From Bacillales bacterium (GTDB lineage: Bacteria > Bacillota > Bacilli > Paenibacillales > CANHCR01): DNA of 64,000 nt. Under the pieces are notes generated by a model, which did no database searches, was not told the origin of the DNA, and saw only the letters and a list, made by a program, of their open reading frames with translations. This document shows, piece by piece, positions 33,662-43,762 of this stretch. How positions within the stretch are numbered: the stretch's first letter is position 1; each line of letters begins with the position of its first letter. The stretch is taken from NCBI GenBank assembly GCA_947459205.1, contig CANHCR010000004.1:26053-90052 (forward strand), read 5' to 3'. The position numbers and the translations under genes were made by a program.

Positions 33662-34891
33662 TTAGATTTTTTGACACAATTTAAACAATGCGTATTTCGC
33701 CGCTCTAATTTGGACGATCGACCTCGTGCCCCCCGTACGATATTCATACACCTCTGTCGATTTTCCATTCCCTGCAACAGCTATATATACAAGTCCAACA
33801 GGTTTCCCTTCACTTTCTCCAGGACCAGCAACACCTGTCACCGCGACTGTGTAATCAACGCCGCATTGTTTAAGCATGTTTTCTGCCATTTGTGTAGCGG
33901 TCTGTTCACTGATTGCTCCAGGAGCATGTTCTCCTTCAAGTAAACTTCTGGTAATATTTAATAAATCTTGTTTTGCTTCGTTAGTGTAAGCGACTACTGC
34001 TGAATGTAGTACCGCAGATGAACCTGGTACCGATGTAATAAGTTGCGATAACAGGCCGCCGGTACAACTTTCAGCTACTGCAATCCGTATTTTTTTCTCT
34101 AAACATCGCTCAATTAACACTTGTTCGAGCGTACGTTCTTGTTCTGCATATAAATATTCGGTTAGACGCTGTTTGATTTGTGCTTCAATTGGAGCGATTT
34201 GATTAACATTTTTGGACGCGATGCGCACTAATACTTCGCCTTCCTTCGCATAAGTCGCAATGGAAGGATCTGTTTGGTTTTTAATTAAATCATGTAGCAT
34301 TTCGGCAACTGATGATTCTCCGATTCCGGCAAAACAGAGCATTTTACTTTCTAACCGTTGCAAGCCGGTAGCCTTTTGCAGAATCCAAGGAACGGCGTAA
34401 GATTGGAACATCAGTTTCATTTCTCTCGGCGGACCGGGTAACAGAATAAAATAGCAACCATTTTTATGAATAGCACAACCAATAGCCAATCCATTGTCAT
34501 TGGCGAGTGAGCAGGCTTCGTCTCCGGAAATACGCAGCGCTTGCTTTAAATTATTTGGTGGCATGAAAACATTCCGATTCGTAAAAAAATGCTCGATTTT
34601 CGTTTTCGCCGCATCATCATATTCGAGCGCTTCGTCCAAGTATTCAGCGAGCGACTCTTTTGTTAAATCATCATCTGTTGGTCCCAAACCGCCTGTGCAG
34701 ACAATCACTTTCGCTCGTTGAGCAGCGATTTCTAACGCATGAATGAAACGTGTCTTATTGTCGCCAACGACAGTTTGAAAATACACATCCAAACCTACAT
34801 TCGCACACTGCTCAGCTAAATATTGAGCATTCGTATTGACGATTTCACCGAGTAAAATCTCAGTGCCAATCGTAATGATTTCTGTTTTCAA
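33662..34891 (-). CDS. cinA: CinA (competence/damage-inducible protein; MoCF-binding domain plus PncC NMN deamidase)
   Basis: The TTG at 34891 follows AAAGGTGA, giving (M)KTEIITIGTEILLG, the typical CinA N-terminus. The C-terminal domain has AVAESCTGG. Confidence 0.9.
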   Translation of the reverse strand: MKTEIITIGTEILLGEIVNTNAQYLAEQCANVGLDVYFQTVVGDNKTRFIHALEIAAQRAKVIVCTGGLGPTDDDLTKESLAEYLDEALEYDDAAKTKIEHFFTNRNVFMPPNNLKQALRISGDEACSLANDNGLAIGCAIHKNGCYFILLPGPPREMKLMFQSYAVPWILQKATGLQRLESKMLCFAGIGESSVAEMLHDLIKNQTDPSIATYAKEGEVLVRIASKNVNQIAPIEAQIKQRLTEYLYAEQERTLEQVLIERCLEKKIRIAVAESCTGGLLSQLITSVPGSSAVLHSAVVAYTNEAKQDLLNITRSLLEGEHAPGAISEQTATQMAENMLKQCGVDYTVAVTGVAGPGESEGKPVGLVYIAVAGNGKSTEVYEYRTGGTRSIVQIRAAKYALFKLCQKI

Positions 34892-34923
34892 ATGGATCAC
34901 CTTTCAACGCCAAAGCCAATCAT

Positions 34924-34954
34924 ACAAAAAAACAATAGTGAAAACACTATTGTT
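34924..34954 (-). terminator. Rho-independent terminator after pgsA
   Basis: Minus strand AACAATAGTG tttt CACTATTGTT followed by TTTTTGT. Confidence 0.7.
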
Positions 34955-35539
34955 TTATTGATCAAAGCTAATGACATCTTTATTTTTGTTGAAATAATCG
35001 ATTCCAGAATAAATGGTAATAATCGCAGCAATCCAGCTAATGATGATATCAAACGGAATATTAATGAAGTAAAAAGGAAAATTATTGATGAGGAGTGCAA
35101 TGATCGCTGTAATTTGCACGCCGGTTTTCCATTTCCCCCACTTGCTGGCAGCGATCACTTTTCCATCTGAAAGGGCTACCATCCGCAAACCTGTCACCGC
35201 AAACTCTCGACTGATAATAATGATCGCAATAATCGCTGGAATCTTATCCATTTCTACTAGTGAAATCAAAACAGCTGTGACGAGGAATTTATCGGCGAGT
35301 GGATCGAGCAACTTTCCGAGTGTGGTCACCATTTTCCGTTTACGGGCAATATAACCATCTAACCCGTCGGTGCTCGCCGCAATAATAAAAATTAACGTAG
35401 CAATAATTTGATTGTAGGTAATTTCAAAATCAATCGCAGGAATTTGAATCGGATCGAAATTCAAGTTAACGAGCAAGAAAAACATGATGATTGGCACAAG
35501 GATGATTCGCGCCAATGTAATCCGATTAGCTAAGTTCAA
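34955..35539 (-). CDS. pgsA: CDP-diacylglycerol--glycerol-3-phosphate 3-phosphatidyltransferase
   Basis: 194 aa with the CDP-alcohol phosphatidyltransferase motif DGYIARK...GKLLDPLADK. TTG start after AGGAGAGGGTG. Confidence 0.9.
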   Translation of the reverse strand: MNLANRITLARIILVPIIMFFLLVNLNFDPIQIPAIDFEITYNQIIATLIFIIAASTDGLDGYIARKRKMVTTLGKLLDPLADKFLVTAVLISLVEMDKIPAIIAIIIISREFAVTGLRMVALSDGKVIAASKWGKWKTGVQITAIIALLINNFPFYFINIPFDIIISWIAAIITIYSGIDYFNKNKDVISFDQ

Positions 35540-36867
35540 AGCGATACACCCTCTCCTGATAAGTCATATTCAAAAGAATGCGTAATTTTTACTGGAATGA
35601 CTTCACCGATGCTTGCCGCGGCATTAGCAACGAACACTTCACCATCAATTTCAGGCGCATCGTATTGGGAGCGCCCGATATAAACATCGTTGCGACCGTC
35701 ATAACGTTCGACAAGCACATCAATGATTTTGCCAATTCGCTTGCCATTCATTTCTTTTGCGACTTCTCGTTGTACTTCCATAAGCGTGTTCGCCCGGTAT
35801 TCTTTGATATCGTCATCCACTTGGTCTGGTAGACGTGCTGCCGGTGTATCTTCTTCTTGAGAATAAGTGAAAACGCCGAGACGATCGAACTTCATATCTT
35901 GCACGAACTGCTTTAAGTTTTCAAAATCTTGCTCTGTCTCACCTGGAAATCCGACGATAATCGATGTGCGAATCGCAACATCCGGTATACGTCCGCGAAT
36001 TTTGGCAATCAGTTCACGCACATCTTTTTGACGCCCTGGTCGACGCATACGCCGTAAAATCGCATCCTCACTATGTTGCAACGGCATGTCGATATACTTG
36101 CAAATTTTCGGATTCGTCGCCATCATTTCAATTAGTTCGTCAGTGAAAAATCCTGGATAAGCATAGTGCAATCGAACCCAAGCAATCCCCTCAACTTCGC
36201 TGACTTTTTGGAGCAATGTCGGCAACATAAAATGTTCATAAAGATCGGTGCCATAGTTTGTAGAATCCTGCGCAATGAGACTAATTTCGCGAACACCTTG
36301 GTTAGCCAATTGTGTAACTTCTGCAACAATCGATTCCATACTTCGACTGCGGAACTTGCCTCTCATGATCGGAATACTACAAAACGTACAGGCATTGTCA
36401 CAACCTTCCGCAATTTTCACAAAGGCAGAATAGCGCGGGGTTGAAACTTTACGTGGCAGAATTTGCTCATAAGAAAACACAGGATTGCCAACCATAATCG
36501 GTTTTTTTCCTGCTAACGCCTCATCAATAATCGCATTAATGTTATGAAAATCACCAGTACCAACAATGCCATCAATTTCTGGCATCTCTTCAAGCAGTTG
36601 CTCTTTATATCGTTGAGTGAGACATCCTGATACAATCAGTGCCTTCAGTTGTGCAGTTTCTTTCAGTTCTGCCAAATCCAAAATTGTATTGATGGACTCT
36701 TCTTTCGCAGCATCAATGAATCCGCATGTGTTGACGATAATCACTGTCGCATCTTGTTGATCATCAACCAGTTGATAACCGCGTTCATCAATCAAACCGG
36801 ACATAATTTCTGAATCGACGAGATTTTTCTCGCAACCAAGCGTCACTACTTTTACTCTCTCCGTCAT
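35536..36867 (-). CDS. rimO: Ribosomal protein S12 methylthiotransferase RimO
   Basis: The ATG at 36867 follows GGAGGA. (M)TERVKVVTLGCEKN, radical-SAM CDNACTFCSIP and a TRAM domain. Confidence 0.9.
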   Translation of the reverse strand: MTERVKVVTLGCEKNLVDSEIMSGLIDERGYQLVDDQQDATVIIVNTCGFIDAAKEESINTILDLAELKETAQLKALIVSGCLTQRYKEQLLEEMPEIDGIVGTGDFHNINAIIDEALAGKKPIMVGNPVFSYEQILPRKVSTPRYSAFVKIAEGCDNACTFCSIPIMRGKFRSRSMESIVAEVTQLANQGVREISLIAQDSTNYGTDLYEHFMLPTLLQKVSEVEGIAWVRLHYAYPGFFTDELIEMMATNPKICKYIDMPLQHSEDAILRRMRRPGRQKDVRELIAKIRGRIPDVAIRTSIIVGFPGETEQDFENLKQFVQDMKFDRLGVFTYSQEEDTPAARLPDQVDDDIKEYRANTLMEVQREVAKEMNGKRIGKIIDVLVERYDGRNDVYIGRSQYDAPEIDGEVFVANAAASIGEVIPVKITHSFEYDLSGEGVSL

Positions 36868-36895
36868 CCTGTCCTCCGCATTGTGTATATTTCTT

Positions 36896-37387
36896 TTATC
36901 TATAATTAACAAACTGTAAATCAAGTGACAAATCAGCTTCTCGAAGTAACTTAATGACTTGTTGCAAATCATCTCTACTTTTACCACTTACTCGGATTTG
37001 ATCACCTTGAATTTGGCTTTTCACTTTTAATTTTGAATCGCGAATCAATACGTTAATCTTTTTCGCATGTTCTTGGTCGATCCCTTGCTTTAGCGTAATT
37101 CGTTGACGGACCGTGCTTGATGCGGCAGGTTCGATTTTTCCATACTCCAAATTCTTAATTGAAAGGCCACGTTTGGTCATCTTTCCTTGGAGAATATCGA
37201 GCACACTTTTTAATTTATACTCATCGTCCGAAACGATAACTAGCACTTCTTTTTCTAGAGAAATACTGCTTTTGCTACCTTTGAAATCAAACCGGGTGTC
37301 GATTTCTTTTTCCGCTTGTGTGATTGCATTCGTCATTTCCTGCATATCAAACTTAGATACAATATCGAAAGAAGCTTCGCTACTCAT
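36896..37387 (-). CDS. YajQ-family nucleotide-binding protein (UPF0234)
   Basis: 163 aa, [31 protein letters not shown]...: the hallmark YajQ N-terminus. AGGAGG SD. Confidence 0.85.
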   Translation of the reverse strand: MSSEASFDIVSKFDMQEMTNAITQAEKEIDTRFDFKGSKSSISLEKEVLVIVSDDEYKLKSVLDILQGKMTKRGLSIKNLEYGKIEPAASSTVRQRITLKQGIDQEHAKKINVLIRDSKLKVKSQIQGDQIRVSGKSRDDLQQVIKLLREADLSLDLQFVNYR

Positions 37388-37397
37388 GTGAAACCTC

Positions 37398-38324
37398 CTA
37401 TTTCAGTTCAAATGTAAGCGAGCGAACACCAATGTATCCTGACAGATCAATCGGTTGACCGTTCACTTTGAGTTGTAAATTCTCCATTGCTCCAACGCGC
37501 AACAATGTACTCTCATTATATTCCCATGTAACACTTTGACCGGCTGACAAAGTGGTCGATTTTTCAATTTCATTCTTATTTGATGATGGCCCATAATGAA
37601 GATAACAGTCGCCGTTTGTTGCTGTCAATTCCATCGTGATTTTATTGGATTTATTGATGGAGTATGCAAATATTTTTCGCCCCTGGGATAGCAGTTGTAC
37701 ATCTTGGTTAGGTGCCTTTGCTTTTTCAATTGCATCCGCTTTTGCCTTGGCTTCAGCATCAGCCTTTGCCTTGGCTTCAGCATCCGCTTTAGCTTTGGCT
37801 TCAGCGTCAGCCTTTGCTTTGGCTTCAGCGTCAGCCTTTGCTTTGGCTTCAGCGTCAGCTTTTGTTTTAGCTTCGACATCCGACTTTGCCGTATCCTCGA
37901 CTTGTTCCTTTTCGACAACATCTTTAGGCTCGTCACCGCTCGTGACCAAGTAATAAACCGCAAGTAACACAGCGATTGCTGCCGACCAAATAACGAGACT
38001 GGACCCCCATTTTTCGAGGAATGATTTACTTTTTGAAGTATCGCCATTCGATTCAATCGATTCATCGTCAGTCGGAGGCTTGTGTTTTCCGCCAGGCAAA
38101 TCGGCCTCATAAATTTCCATGACTTCATTTGCAGGCAGGTTGAGCGCCTCACAATACGTTTTCACGAATGCTTTCACATAAAACAATCCGGGCAACTCTT
38201 CGTACTTACCCTGTTCAATCGCTTGCAAATACGTCGTTTTGATTTTCGTCAATTCTTGCATATCCTCAAGGGATAAGCCTTTCTCTTCTCTTGCTTGTCG
38301 TAAAAAACTACCTAAATGTAACAA
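37398..38324 (-). CDS. rodZ: RodZ/YmfM-like cytoskeleton protein (HTH, TM, repetitive linker, C-terminal domain)
   Basis: TTG start after GGAGGTG. N-terminal XRE-type HTH ([26 protein letters not shown]), a single TM helix, and a conserved position upstream of pgsA-side genes. Confidence 0.8.
   Translation of the reverse strand: MLHLGSFLRQAREEKGLSLEDMQELTKIKTTYLQAIEQGKYEELPGLFYVKAFVKTYCEALNLPANEVMEIYEADLPGGKHKPPTDDESIESNGDTSKSKSFLEKWGSSLVIWSAAIAVLLAVYYLVTSGDEPKDVVEKEQVEDTAKSDVEAKTKADAEAKAKADAEAKAKADAEAKAKADAEAKAKADAEAKAKADAIEKAKAPNQDVQLLSQGRKIFAYSINKSNKITMELTATNGDCYLHYGPSSNKNEIEKSTTLSAGQSVTWEYNESTLLRVGAMENLQLKVNGQPIDLSGYIGVRSLTFELK
37732..37875. repeat. About six tandem copies of a 24-nt unit inside rodZ, encoding (AKAKADAE)n
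   Basis: Units GCATCCGCTTTTGCCTTGGCTTCA / GCGTCAGCCTTTGCTTTGGCTTCA are directly visible, and copies 4 and 5 are identical. In frame with rodZ. Confidence 0.9.
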
Positions 38325-38347
38325 GCATTACACCTCCAACATCAAGA

Positions 38348-39121
38348 TTAAAATGACATATGTTCGTCAAAAGGTTGAGCGAACGTGTCGATTACAATTT
38401 CTTCGTCAGGTGAGTTACGCAGTTCTACGATGTAATGGAAATCAGAAAGTTGATACTCTGATTCTCGCACAAAAATGTCCGGATGTTCAATCACCTTGAC
38501 GGCCGGAAATTCCATCAATTTGTTAATCAAATGATGATGTCGTTCATTCGAGCGAATGGTTGACATGATGCCATCAATGATGAAAACGTTTTGATCGTTC
38601 CATTCGTCATCGTTCAACTGACTACGCACCGTTTGGCGAAGAAATGTCGAGGAAACAAATGTCCATTTTTTTTGCGAACAAACGCTTCCGGCAATGATTG
38701 ATTCTGTTTTACCGACGCGTGGCATGCCACGTAAACCCACGAGTAAGTGTCCTTTTTGCATAAAAACATGCCCAAGAAAATCAACGAGAATACCCAGTTG
38801 ATCACGAGTGAAACGGAATGTGTTACGGTCATCGGAGTCACCCTCAATGTATCGACCATGGCGAACAGCTAAGCGGTCGAGCAAAGTCGGAGCACGCAGT
38901 TTGTTCAACGTGATATGCTCGATTTTGCCAAGCATCTTCTCGAGAATCTCAATCTTTTCGGTGTCATCTGTCTGCAGAAGAAGCCCCCGTGTTTGGTCTT
39001 GTACACCGTTGATCGTCAAAATATTGATTTGTAGCATACCTAACATTGATGCGATATCGCCCAACAAACCGGGTCTGTTGTTATGTATTCTATACTCCAA
39101 ATACCATGTATTTTGTTTCAT
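38348..39121 (-). CDS. ymfK: YmfK-like protein (DUF3388, ACT-like N-terminus)
   Basis: Synteny between ymfJ and rodZ. PGLLGDIASMLGMLQINILTINGV resembles an ACT domain. The start was chosen at MKQNTWYLEY; the SD is weak. Confidence 0.7.
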   Translation of the reverse strand: MKQNTWYLEYRIHNNRPGLLGDIASMLGMLQINILTINGVQDQTRGLLLQTDDTEKIEILEKMLGKIEHITLNKLRAPTLLDRLAVRHGRYIEGDSDDRNTFRFTRDQLGILVDFLGHVFMQKGHLLVGLRGMPRVGKTESIIAGSVCSQKKWTFVSSTFLRQTVRSQLNDDEWNDQNVFIIDGIMSTIRSNERHHHLINKLMEFPAVKVIEHPDIFVRESEYQLSDFHYIVELRNSPDEEIVIDTFAQPFDEHMSF

Positions 39122-39236
39122 TCTTCTCGCCCACTTTACGATGAGTATGAGAATGCCACCACACATTATAGCACATAATTATAAAAAAATCCCCCTTTCA
39201 TTCGGGGGATTGTAAAATTAATGAAAACTGATTCAC

Positions 39237-39485
39237 TTAGTGTTGCTCTACCAAGCGCACCATGAGTCGCGCCAACACTTTTTGTTCTTCATCGCTACCT
39301 GACTCCCAAAGTTCTTTCAACAGACGTTCTTCGCGATTTTTCGGGTCAATCTCACCCGCCAAATAGTCGCCTAATTGATAGGCTAAACCAGCAATTGTTT
39401 CTTCACTCATTCCGGTTTTTTTCGCTTGTTCAACACGTTTACCAAGAAAACTTTTCCATTGTTCGAAAGTATCCAATACACTCAT
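39237..39485 (-). CDS. ymfJ: YmfJ-like protein (DUF3243)
   Basis: 82 aa small helical protein in the conserved position after ymfI. Confidence 0.75.
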   Translation of the reverse strand: MSVLDTFEQWKSFLGKRVEQAKKTGMSEETIAGLAYQLGDYLAGEIDPKNREERLLKELWESGSDEEQKVLARLMVRLVEQH

Positions 39486-39563
39486 GCAATATTTCCTCCT
39501 TATTCATAACTGACTTGCCCTTTTAGTATGCTCATTAAAAGGAGGAATATTCATCATCATGAA

Positions 39564-40319
39564 TTATGTCAGCCAGGCACCGTTCGGACTGATAATTTGA
39601 CCATTGATATAGGCTGATTCAGGCGTTGCGAGAAAGTATACGAGTGCAGCAATCTCATCAGGGGTTGCAGTTCGTCCTGCTGGAATGTCATTGACGAGTT
39701 GCTGATACTCATCGTCTGTTAAACGTGCATTCATTTCTGTGTCAACCATCCCGGGTGCGACAGCGTTTACTGTAATTTCTGACGGTGCAAGTTCGCGAGC
39801 TAATGATTTCGTAAACGCATTTAATGCACCTTTACTTGCAGCGTATGCGACTTCACACGACGCACCACTTATTCCCCAAACCGATGAGATGTTAATCATC
39901 CGGCCATATTTTTGATTGACCATGTGTGGCGTAAATTGTTTAGCTAATAAAAATGAGGATTTTACGTTGGTTGAAAATATTCTGTCCCAATCACTCTCAT
40001 CCGTATCAGTAAGCAATCCGAAGTGGCTAATCCCGGCATTGTTAACGATAACGTCAGGTAGTCGATGCATCGCAGTCAACGTGTTGTACATCTGTTCAAC
40101 TTGCTCCGCTACACTTATGTCGCATGCCAACAATATTGCTGTACCGCCCAAACGATTACAATCGTTTGCGACTTGCTCGGCTTTTTCGTGTGAGTTTCGA
40201 TAATTGATAATGACTGTGCAACCGCAAGAAGCAAAGCGGCGAGCAATCGCAGCACCAATCCCTGAAGAAGCCCCCGTAATCAGCACATTCCATTCAAGCG
40301 TCGGTTTATCCCATCCCAT
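39564..40319 (-). CDS. ymfI: SDR-family oxidoreductase (YmfI, FabG-like)
   Basis: TGASSGIG cofactor motif, NNAG, catalytic S...YAASK. Overlaps the ymfH stop. Confidence 0.85.
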   Translation of the reverse strand: MGWDKPTLEWNVLITGASSGIGAAIARRFASCGCTVIINYRNSHEKAEQVANDCNRLGGTAILLACDISVAEQVEQMYNTLTAMHRLPDVIVNNAGISHFGLLTDTDESDWDRIFSTNVKSSFLLAKQFTPHMVNQKYGRMINISSVWGISGASCEVAYAASKGALNAFTKSLARELAPSEITVNAVAPGMVDTEMNARLTDDEYQQLVNDIPAGRTATPDEIAALVYFLATPESAYINGQIISPNGAWLT

Positions 40320-41610
40320 TCTTGTTCACTCCATCTCGCACGACACATACGGCGTGACGTTTGTGATTCAAATGATTCCTGACAATCTCCAAACTCTCGT
40401 CAAAATTTACAGTCTCGTACGCAGCGAGCAGTTCAAAAAAATCACTGTTCTGAAAATGATAAGCAGTAAATTGACTCGCAATCGCAGACGGCGAATTAAA
40501 CATTCGAACGAACGCACCAATCGCTTTTCGTTTCATCCGTTCAAATCCCAGTCGATCCGCGGTACTGTCGAAATATTGTTCGACCAATTCAAAAATTCGG
40601 GCGACTAGCTTATCAGGGTCAGGCGTATCACCACCCATCATTGAATATGTCAAATCATTTTTTACCGTGATGCTCGATGAAAAATTCGAATGAATGAGTT
40701 GTTCTGAGTAAAGGGTTTGGTAAATTGTTGAGCTCGGTGCAAAAAGTAACTGAAACATAATTTGCAAAGCACATTCTCGCTTTAATAATTCGATACCTTC
40801 AAGACGCTCATTGTGCAATTCTTTAAATCCAATAAGACATTTCGGCTCACTCACCGGCAATTCAATCTGTCTCCACGGTTTTGCAACATGTTCAGGTTCC
40901 TCAGGAATGATTCGTATCAAATCAGGTTTTGGCGGAAATGTTTTTCGTGCTTGATTCAACTTTATGCGATCAAAAAAAGCCTGTGGCTCAATGGCGCCGA
41001 TTGCAAAAAGACACATATTCGACGAGTGATAAAATGCATGATAGCAGTCATAAAGTGACTGCGGAGTAATTTGTGCGATCGTTGCAGATGTGCCGATAAT
41101 ATCGATATTCATCGGTGATTGGACGAATAGTGCCGCCAACAACTCAAAATATAGCCGCCAATCTGGATTATCTTGATACATGGCAATTTCTTGATCAATA
41201 ATTCCTCGTTCTTTATCTACATTCGCTTGTGTGAAATACGGATTTTGTACGAAATCAAGTAAAATATCAAGATTTTCGTATAGATGATCGGTACACGAAA
41301 ACAAATATGCAGTGCGATCAAATGAGGTGAAAGCATTTGCCGAAGCGCCGTTTGCAGCGAATTTGGTGAATACATCACCGTCTGGTTCGGCAAACATTTT
41401 GTGTTCCAAAAAATGAGCGATACCATCAGGAACTAATATGTCTTCGCCTTCAGAAATTCGATAATGATTATCAAGTGAACCAAATTTGGTCGTAAATGTG
41501 ACGAACGTTTTCGTAAATCCTGTTTTGGGCAATACGAATACTTGCAGACCATTCGCTAACGTTTCGGAATATAGTGTCTCGTTTACTTTCTCATACTGTT
41601 TGGCTATCAT
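40306..41610 (-). CDS. ymfH: M16-family zinc peptidase (YmfH-like, active HxxEH)
   Basis: The ATG at 41610 follows GGAGGTGA. The GIAHFLEHKMF zinc motif is present. Confidence 0.85.
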   Translation of the reverse strand: MIAKQYEKVNETLYSETLANGLQVFVLPKTGFTKTFVTFTTKFGSLDNHYRISEGEDILVPDGIAHFLEHKMFAEPDGDVFTKFAANGASANAFTSFDRTAYLFSCTDHLYENLDILLDFVQNPYFTQANVDKERGIIDQEIAMYQDNPDWRLYFELLAALFVQSPMNIDIIGTSATIAQITPQSLYDCYHAFYHSSNMCLFAIGAIEPQAFFDRIKLNQARKTFPPKPDLIRIIPEEPEHVAKPWRQIELPVSEPKCLIGFKELHNERLEGIELLKRECALQIMFQLLFAPSSTIYQTLYSEQLIHSNFSSSITVKNDLTYSMMGGDTPDPDKLVARIFELVEQYFDSTADRLGFERMKRKAIGAFVRMFNSPSAIASQFTAYHFQNSDFFELLAAYETVNFDESLEIVRNHLNHKRHAVCVVRDGVNKNGMG

Positions 41611-42910
41611 TTGACTCACCTCCATCCCGCAAGAAATAGATTGTATCAATCGCAACCGTTTGTGCTACACGTCGAATATCAGCGACTGTTACATGTTTAA
41701 TGATGTCCAACCATTGGACTGGTAATTTATTAGAGCCCGTGAAGCGTTGTCGAAATCCATAAGAAACAAGCTCATAAGGAGAATCGGCGAGCGCTCGATA
41801 AGAATTGATAAGCAAAGCCTTCGTTTGTTGTAATTCAAGTTCTGAAATATTGCCTGCGCGCATCTCTTCCAACTGTTCGCGAATAATTTTAAGCGCCTGA
41901 TCCTTCTTCGATACATCGATACCCGCCTGAATCATATACATTCCCAACACACCGTCAACTGGACGAGACGAAGCATAATAAGCAAGACTGTGTTTTTCCC
42001 GCACCGTAGTAAACAATTTCGAATGAGCGAATCCGCCTAGCACTCCGTTGTACACCTGAAAAATTGGATAGTCTGCATGAACAGAAGAAATCGATGTGGT
42101 AAGTCCAACATTGAGTTTTCCCTGACCAACATCCATTCGCTCCTCGACATTTTTCTCTTGTTTACTAGATGAAAAAGGAGTCGCAATTTTATAATCGTTC
42201 ATCTTTTTTTCAGTTGCTTTAAACATTCCGCTCTCGACATTGGCAAGTAAGTGTAACACTTGCTCCATGTCAGTGTTTCCGACAACGAACAAATCAAATA
42301 TAGCCTCTTCAAGCCAACGATGATAAAAATCGGCTAAGTTCGCGCCGTCCCAATGCTCTAATTGTTCCAAAATTCCTTGCGCACTAAATCGATAAGGATG
42401 CGATTCACAGATCGTTTCAATACAACGTTTTGCTGCATATTGCGCTTTATCATTTTTTACAGCAAGAAGTTTCTGCTCAATCGTTCGTTTCTCTTCCGTA
42501 ACATACTGGGCGATGAATCCATGTTTATCAACTGCAGGATATGCGATGCAATCCATTAAAAATCGAAGGGCCTCGCTCAATAACGACTTTTCTGAATCGT
42601 TTGCGACATATTCATCTGCAATCACATCCATGGTCACATCAACCACTTGATATGTTCCCCGTTTGTCGACGTCTACCGCGAATATCGCACCATACAGTTC
42701 TTCTAGTTTTTGTTTGAACAATTCTGGTCTTGGATATCGAGCATTCACTCTTCGCATGATATGTGCAATGAGTGAAACCGGCGTCACAGTCTGCTCTCGC
42801 AACGGAACGCCGGCATATAAAGATAACGTCGTGGTTTTGAATTGTTCAGTTGCTAACACATGGACACGAAGTTTTCCGAACATCGCCACTTGAAATAAAC
42901 TATTCTCCAT
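41591..42910 (-). CDS. ymfF: M16-family peptidase-like protein (YmfF-like, lacks HxxEH)
   Basis: Insulinase fold pattern, but the zinc motif position reads AHIMRRV. Overlaps ymfH by 20 nt, consistent with a heterodimer partner. Confidence 0.8.
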   Translation of the reverse strand: MENSLFQVAMFGKLRVHVLATEQFKTTTLSLYAGVPLREQTVTPVSLIAHIMRRVNARYPRPELFKQKLEELYGAIFAVDVDKRGTYQVVDVTMDVIADEYVANDSEKSLLSEALRFLMDCIAYPAVDKHGFIAQYVTEEKRTIEQKLLAVKNDKAQYAAKRCIETICESHPYRFSAQGILEQLEHWDGANLADFYHRWLEEAIFDLFVVGNTDMEQVLHLLANVESGMFKATEKKMNDYKIATPFSSSKQEKNVEERMDVGQGKLNVGLTTSISSVHADYPIFQVYNGVLGGFAHSKLFTTVREKHSLAYYASSRPVDGVLGMYMIQAGIDVSKKDQALKIIREQLEEMRAGNISELELQQTKALLINSYRALADSPYELVSYGFRQRFTGSNKLPVQWLDIIKHVTVADIRRVAQTVAIDTIYFLRDGGESNDSQTV

Positions 42911-42930
42911 GATTCCCCATGCCCCTCCAA

Positions 42931-43689
42931 TCAATTACAGAAAATATGTTTACCAATTTGTAAAATTTGTGGTCTTGTCCAAATCCACTTTGACGTTGCA
43001 GTTTCGGGATTAAAATAATAAATTGCTCCACCACTAGGATCAAACCCATTAATGGCATCTTGAACAGCCTTTCGTGCAGTGTCATTCGGTGTAAGCCAAA
43101 TTTGACCGTCAGCAACCGCTGTGAAAGCGCCTGGTTGAAAAATAATGCCTGAAATGGTTTTCGGAAAACTGGCTGACTCTAAGCGATTCAATATGACTGC
43201 AGCCACTGCAACCTGACCGACGTACGGTTCGCCGCGCGATTCACCGTAAACCGCATTAGCCATCAATTTCAAATCATTAGCAGATAATCCGGCATGATTC
43301 GCGCTGCCCGTCATTTTCGCCGAAACTGTAGTTGGAACCGCCTGCGGTCGCCAATTTTTCGTCGCCTGCCATAACTTTAATTTTGTTTTGGCGCCTGCTA
43401 CTCCATCGGCCTTCAAGCCAAAACGAGTTTGAAACGTTTTTAATGCCTGCAATGTTTGCCACCCGAACGTACCGTCAACATTCCCTTTAAAATACCCTAA
43501 GAATTTTAATCGCCCTTGTAATTCGCGAACATCTGCATTGGTAGCTCCGTACTTAATTGGACTACTGCTAAACGTCTCCACAGCAACTTCTTCAACAGAA
43601 CGATTGAATGTGAATTGAATAAGCATTACAACGAACACAATCGAACAAAACACCGCTACTAATAAGCGAATACGGTTATTCACAGACAT
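42931..43689 (-). CDS. SleB/CwlJ-family cell-wall hydrolase with a PG_binding_1 domain
   Basis: N-terminal TM/signal, peptidoglycan-binding repeat (VRELQGRLKFLGYF.G.VDG.FG..T..ALK.FQ) and Hydrolase_2 core (AVYGESRGEPYVGQVAVAAVILNR). Confidence 0.8.
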   Translation of the reverse strand: MSVNNRIRLLVAVFCSIVFVVMLIQFTFNRSVEEVAVETFSSSPIKYGATNADVRELQGRLKFLGYFKGNVDGTFGWQTLQALKTFQTRFGLKADGVAGAKTKLKLWQATKNWRPQAVPTTVSAKMTGSANHAGLSANDLKLMANAVYGESRGEPYVGQVAVAAVILNRLESASFPKTISGIIFQPGAFTAVADGQIWLTPNDTARKAVQDAINGFDPSGGAIYYFNPETATSKWIWTRPQILQIGKHIFCN

Positions 43690-43724
43690 TACTTGTCATC
43701 CCTTCATCATACGATTTTTAGTCG

Positions 43725-43754
43725 TAGTATGTAGAAAATGACAAGCCGTTATTC
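43725..43754 (-). promoter_or_regulatory. Possible forespore (sigma-G/F-type) promoter for the SleB-like gene
   Basis: On the minus strand: GAATA, 18 nt, CATACTA, compared with the recalled consensus GHATR-N17/18-CATnnTA. Confidence 0.3.
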
Positions 43755-43762
43755 ATCGAGTA

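Noticed and set aside
37732-37875. Regular 24-nt repeats that could superficially look like a CRISPR array or other non-coding repeat.
   Set aside because: The units are contiguous with no spacers, are in frame within rodZ, and encode a sensible (AKAKADAE)n linker. No cas genes are present.
37625-38152. Alternative-frame ORFs (175 aa on the minus strand; 105 and 90 aa on the plus strand) running through the rodZ repeat region.
   Set aside because: They are artefacts of the stop-free repeat, which is open in several frames. The rodZ frame is supported by the HTH, the TM helix, the SD and synteny.
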